A stretch of 64,000 nucleotides of DNA from positions 32,240,001-32,304,000 of the forward strand of contig OZ336890.1 in assembly GCA_965287045.1 (NCBI GenBank), given 5' to 3'. Numbering within the stretch: the first letter of the stretch is position 1; each line of letters opens with the position of its first letter. Below the pieces are notes generated by a model that did no database searches, was not told the origin of the DNA, and saw only the letters and a list, made by a program, of their open reading frames with translations. The stretch is from Carcharhinus amblyrhynchos (taxonomy: Eukaryota). This document shows positions 62,390 to 64,000 of the stretch, piece after piece. Position numbers and translations under genes: made by a program.

Positions 62390-63990
62390 TGGTGAGTTCC
62401 TACAGTGCATCTTGAAGATGACACACACTGCTGCCACTTTTGTTGGGAGAGCGAATGTTACTTGCCACTTTTCCGCCCAAGCCTGATACTATCAAGATCT
62501 TTCTGCATTTGGACATGAACTGCTTCAGTACCTGCAGAGTCATGAATGTTGGTAACGAACATTCAACAGTACACATCCCCACTTTAATCTTATGATGGAA
62601 AAAAAGGTCATTGATAGAGCAGCTAAAGATGATTGGGCCTAGGACACTACCCTGAGGTACTCATGCAGTGATGTTCAGGAACTGAGATGATTGACCTCCA
62701 ATCACAAAACCATCTTCCTTTGTGCCAGGTATGACTCCAAGCCGCCCCAGATACCCGCTGACTCCAGTTTTGCTCAGGCTCCTTGATGCCACAGTCAAAT
62801 ATGGCTGTAATGTCAAGGCCAGTCACTCTCACCCTCATCTCTGCAATTCACCTTTTTTGTCTACATTTGAACCAAGGCTATAATGTGGTCAGACCGTGAG
62901 TGAACTTGGCAGAACCCAAACTCAGCAGCAGTGAGCAGGTTATTGCTAAGGAAGTACCACTAAATAATGCTTCCATCACTTTACTGATGATTGATGTAGG
63001 TTGATGTGGCAGTAATTGGCCAGTATGGATTTGCCTGCTTTTATGTACAAGACATACCACAGCAATTTTTCACATTGGCTACGACACTGGCATCTTCACA
63101 GCATTCTGTAACAGCTTGGTTAAGAAAGTGGCAAGTTCTAAAACACAAATCTTCAGCACTATGGCCAGACCATAGTCAGGGCCCATAGTCTTTATGGTGT
63201 CTAGTGCCTTCTGCCATTTCTTGATATCATGTGGAGTGAACTAAATTGGTTGATGAATGGCATCTCTGGTGCTGTGGACCTCTAGAGGAGGCTAAGATGG
63301 ATCATCCACATGGCCGTTCTGATTGAAGACTGTTGCCAATGCTTTAGCCAGATCTTTTACATTGATGTGCTGGATTCCTCCTTTATTGGGAATGGAGATA
63401 TTTGTGAAGCCTCCTCCACGAGTGAGTTGTATAATTACCACTATTCATGTTTGGACGTGGCAGGACTGCAAAGCTTATATCTAACCCACTGGTTGTGAAA
63501 TCACTCACTCTTGTCTATTGTATGCTGCTTATGCTGTTTGGTAGGTGAATAGTTACGTTTTGTAGTTTCACCAGGTTGTCACCTCATTTTTAGGTATGCC
63601 TGGTGTTGAATCTGGCATGCCCTCCTGCACACTTCATTGAACTAGACTTAATCCCTGGCTTGGTTGTAATGACAGACTGGAGGATATGCAGGCTATACCA
63701 TTAGATAGTGGCTGAGTGTAATTCTGTTGCTGACATCCCACAGCACCTCAAGGATGTCCAGTCTTGATCTGTCAAAATCTACCCCATTTAGCATGGTGGT
63801 AGTGCCACGTAACACAATGAAGAGTATCCTCAATGTGAAGACAGGACTTTTGCTCCACAAGGACAATACAGTTGTCACTCCTACTAATACTGTCATGGCA
63901 GATGCACCTGCAGCAGAGAGGTCAGTGAGGATGAGGTCAAGAACATTTTTCCCTCGTATCAGTTCCCTCTCGACCTTCAGCAGACCCAGT
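62390..63990 (-). mobile_element. Old CR1/L2-group LINE remnant
   Basis: Reverse-complement similarity to 2190-2372, 5581-6600 and 39720-40400; no long ORF. Confidence 0.72.
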
Positions 63991-64000
63991 TAAAACTAGG

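Overview
Eukaryotic (vertebrate) genomic DNA, very probably from a shark or other cartilaginous fish; this is inferred from abundant HE1/V-SINE-like, CR1 and Penelope repeats, not from a search. Two spliced genes were reconstructed by hand with GT-AG junctions and consistent phases. LRRC59 (+) has 7 coding exons at 11362-28792 (927 nt, 308 aa). EME1 (-) has 8 coding exons at 60014-45892 (1842 nt, 613 aa) and lies tail-to-tail with LRRC59 as in mammals. A probable first coding exon of a third, divergent gene with a mitochondrial-presequence-like N-terminus lies at 8574-8468 (-). The rest is mostly nested retroelements: young and old CR1 LINEs, Penelope-like elements with minimal hammerhead motifs, palindromic Penelope derivatives and several SINE families. 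The most unusual signals are: (i) a dispersed short repeat, present twice, whose head is built from U2 snRNA 5' segments; (ii) hammerhead-bearing hairpin elements, including a ~277-bp near-perfect inverted repeat; (iii) a young CR1 whose long 3' UTR contains a SINE V-domain-like core. Most short ORFs in the supplied track are spurious or decayed LINE pieces. Repeat boundaries are approximate and family names come from recalled consensus features.
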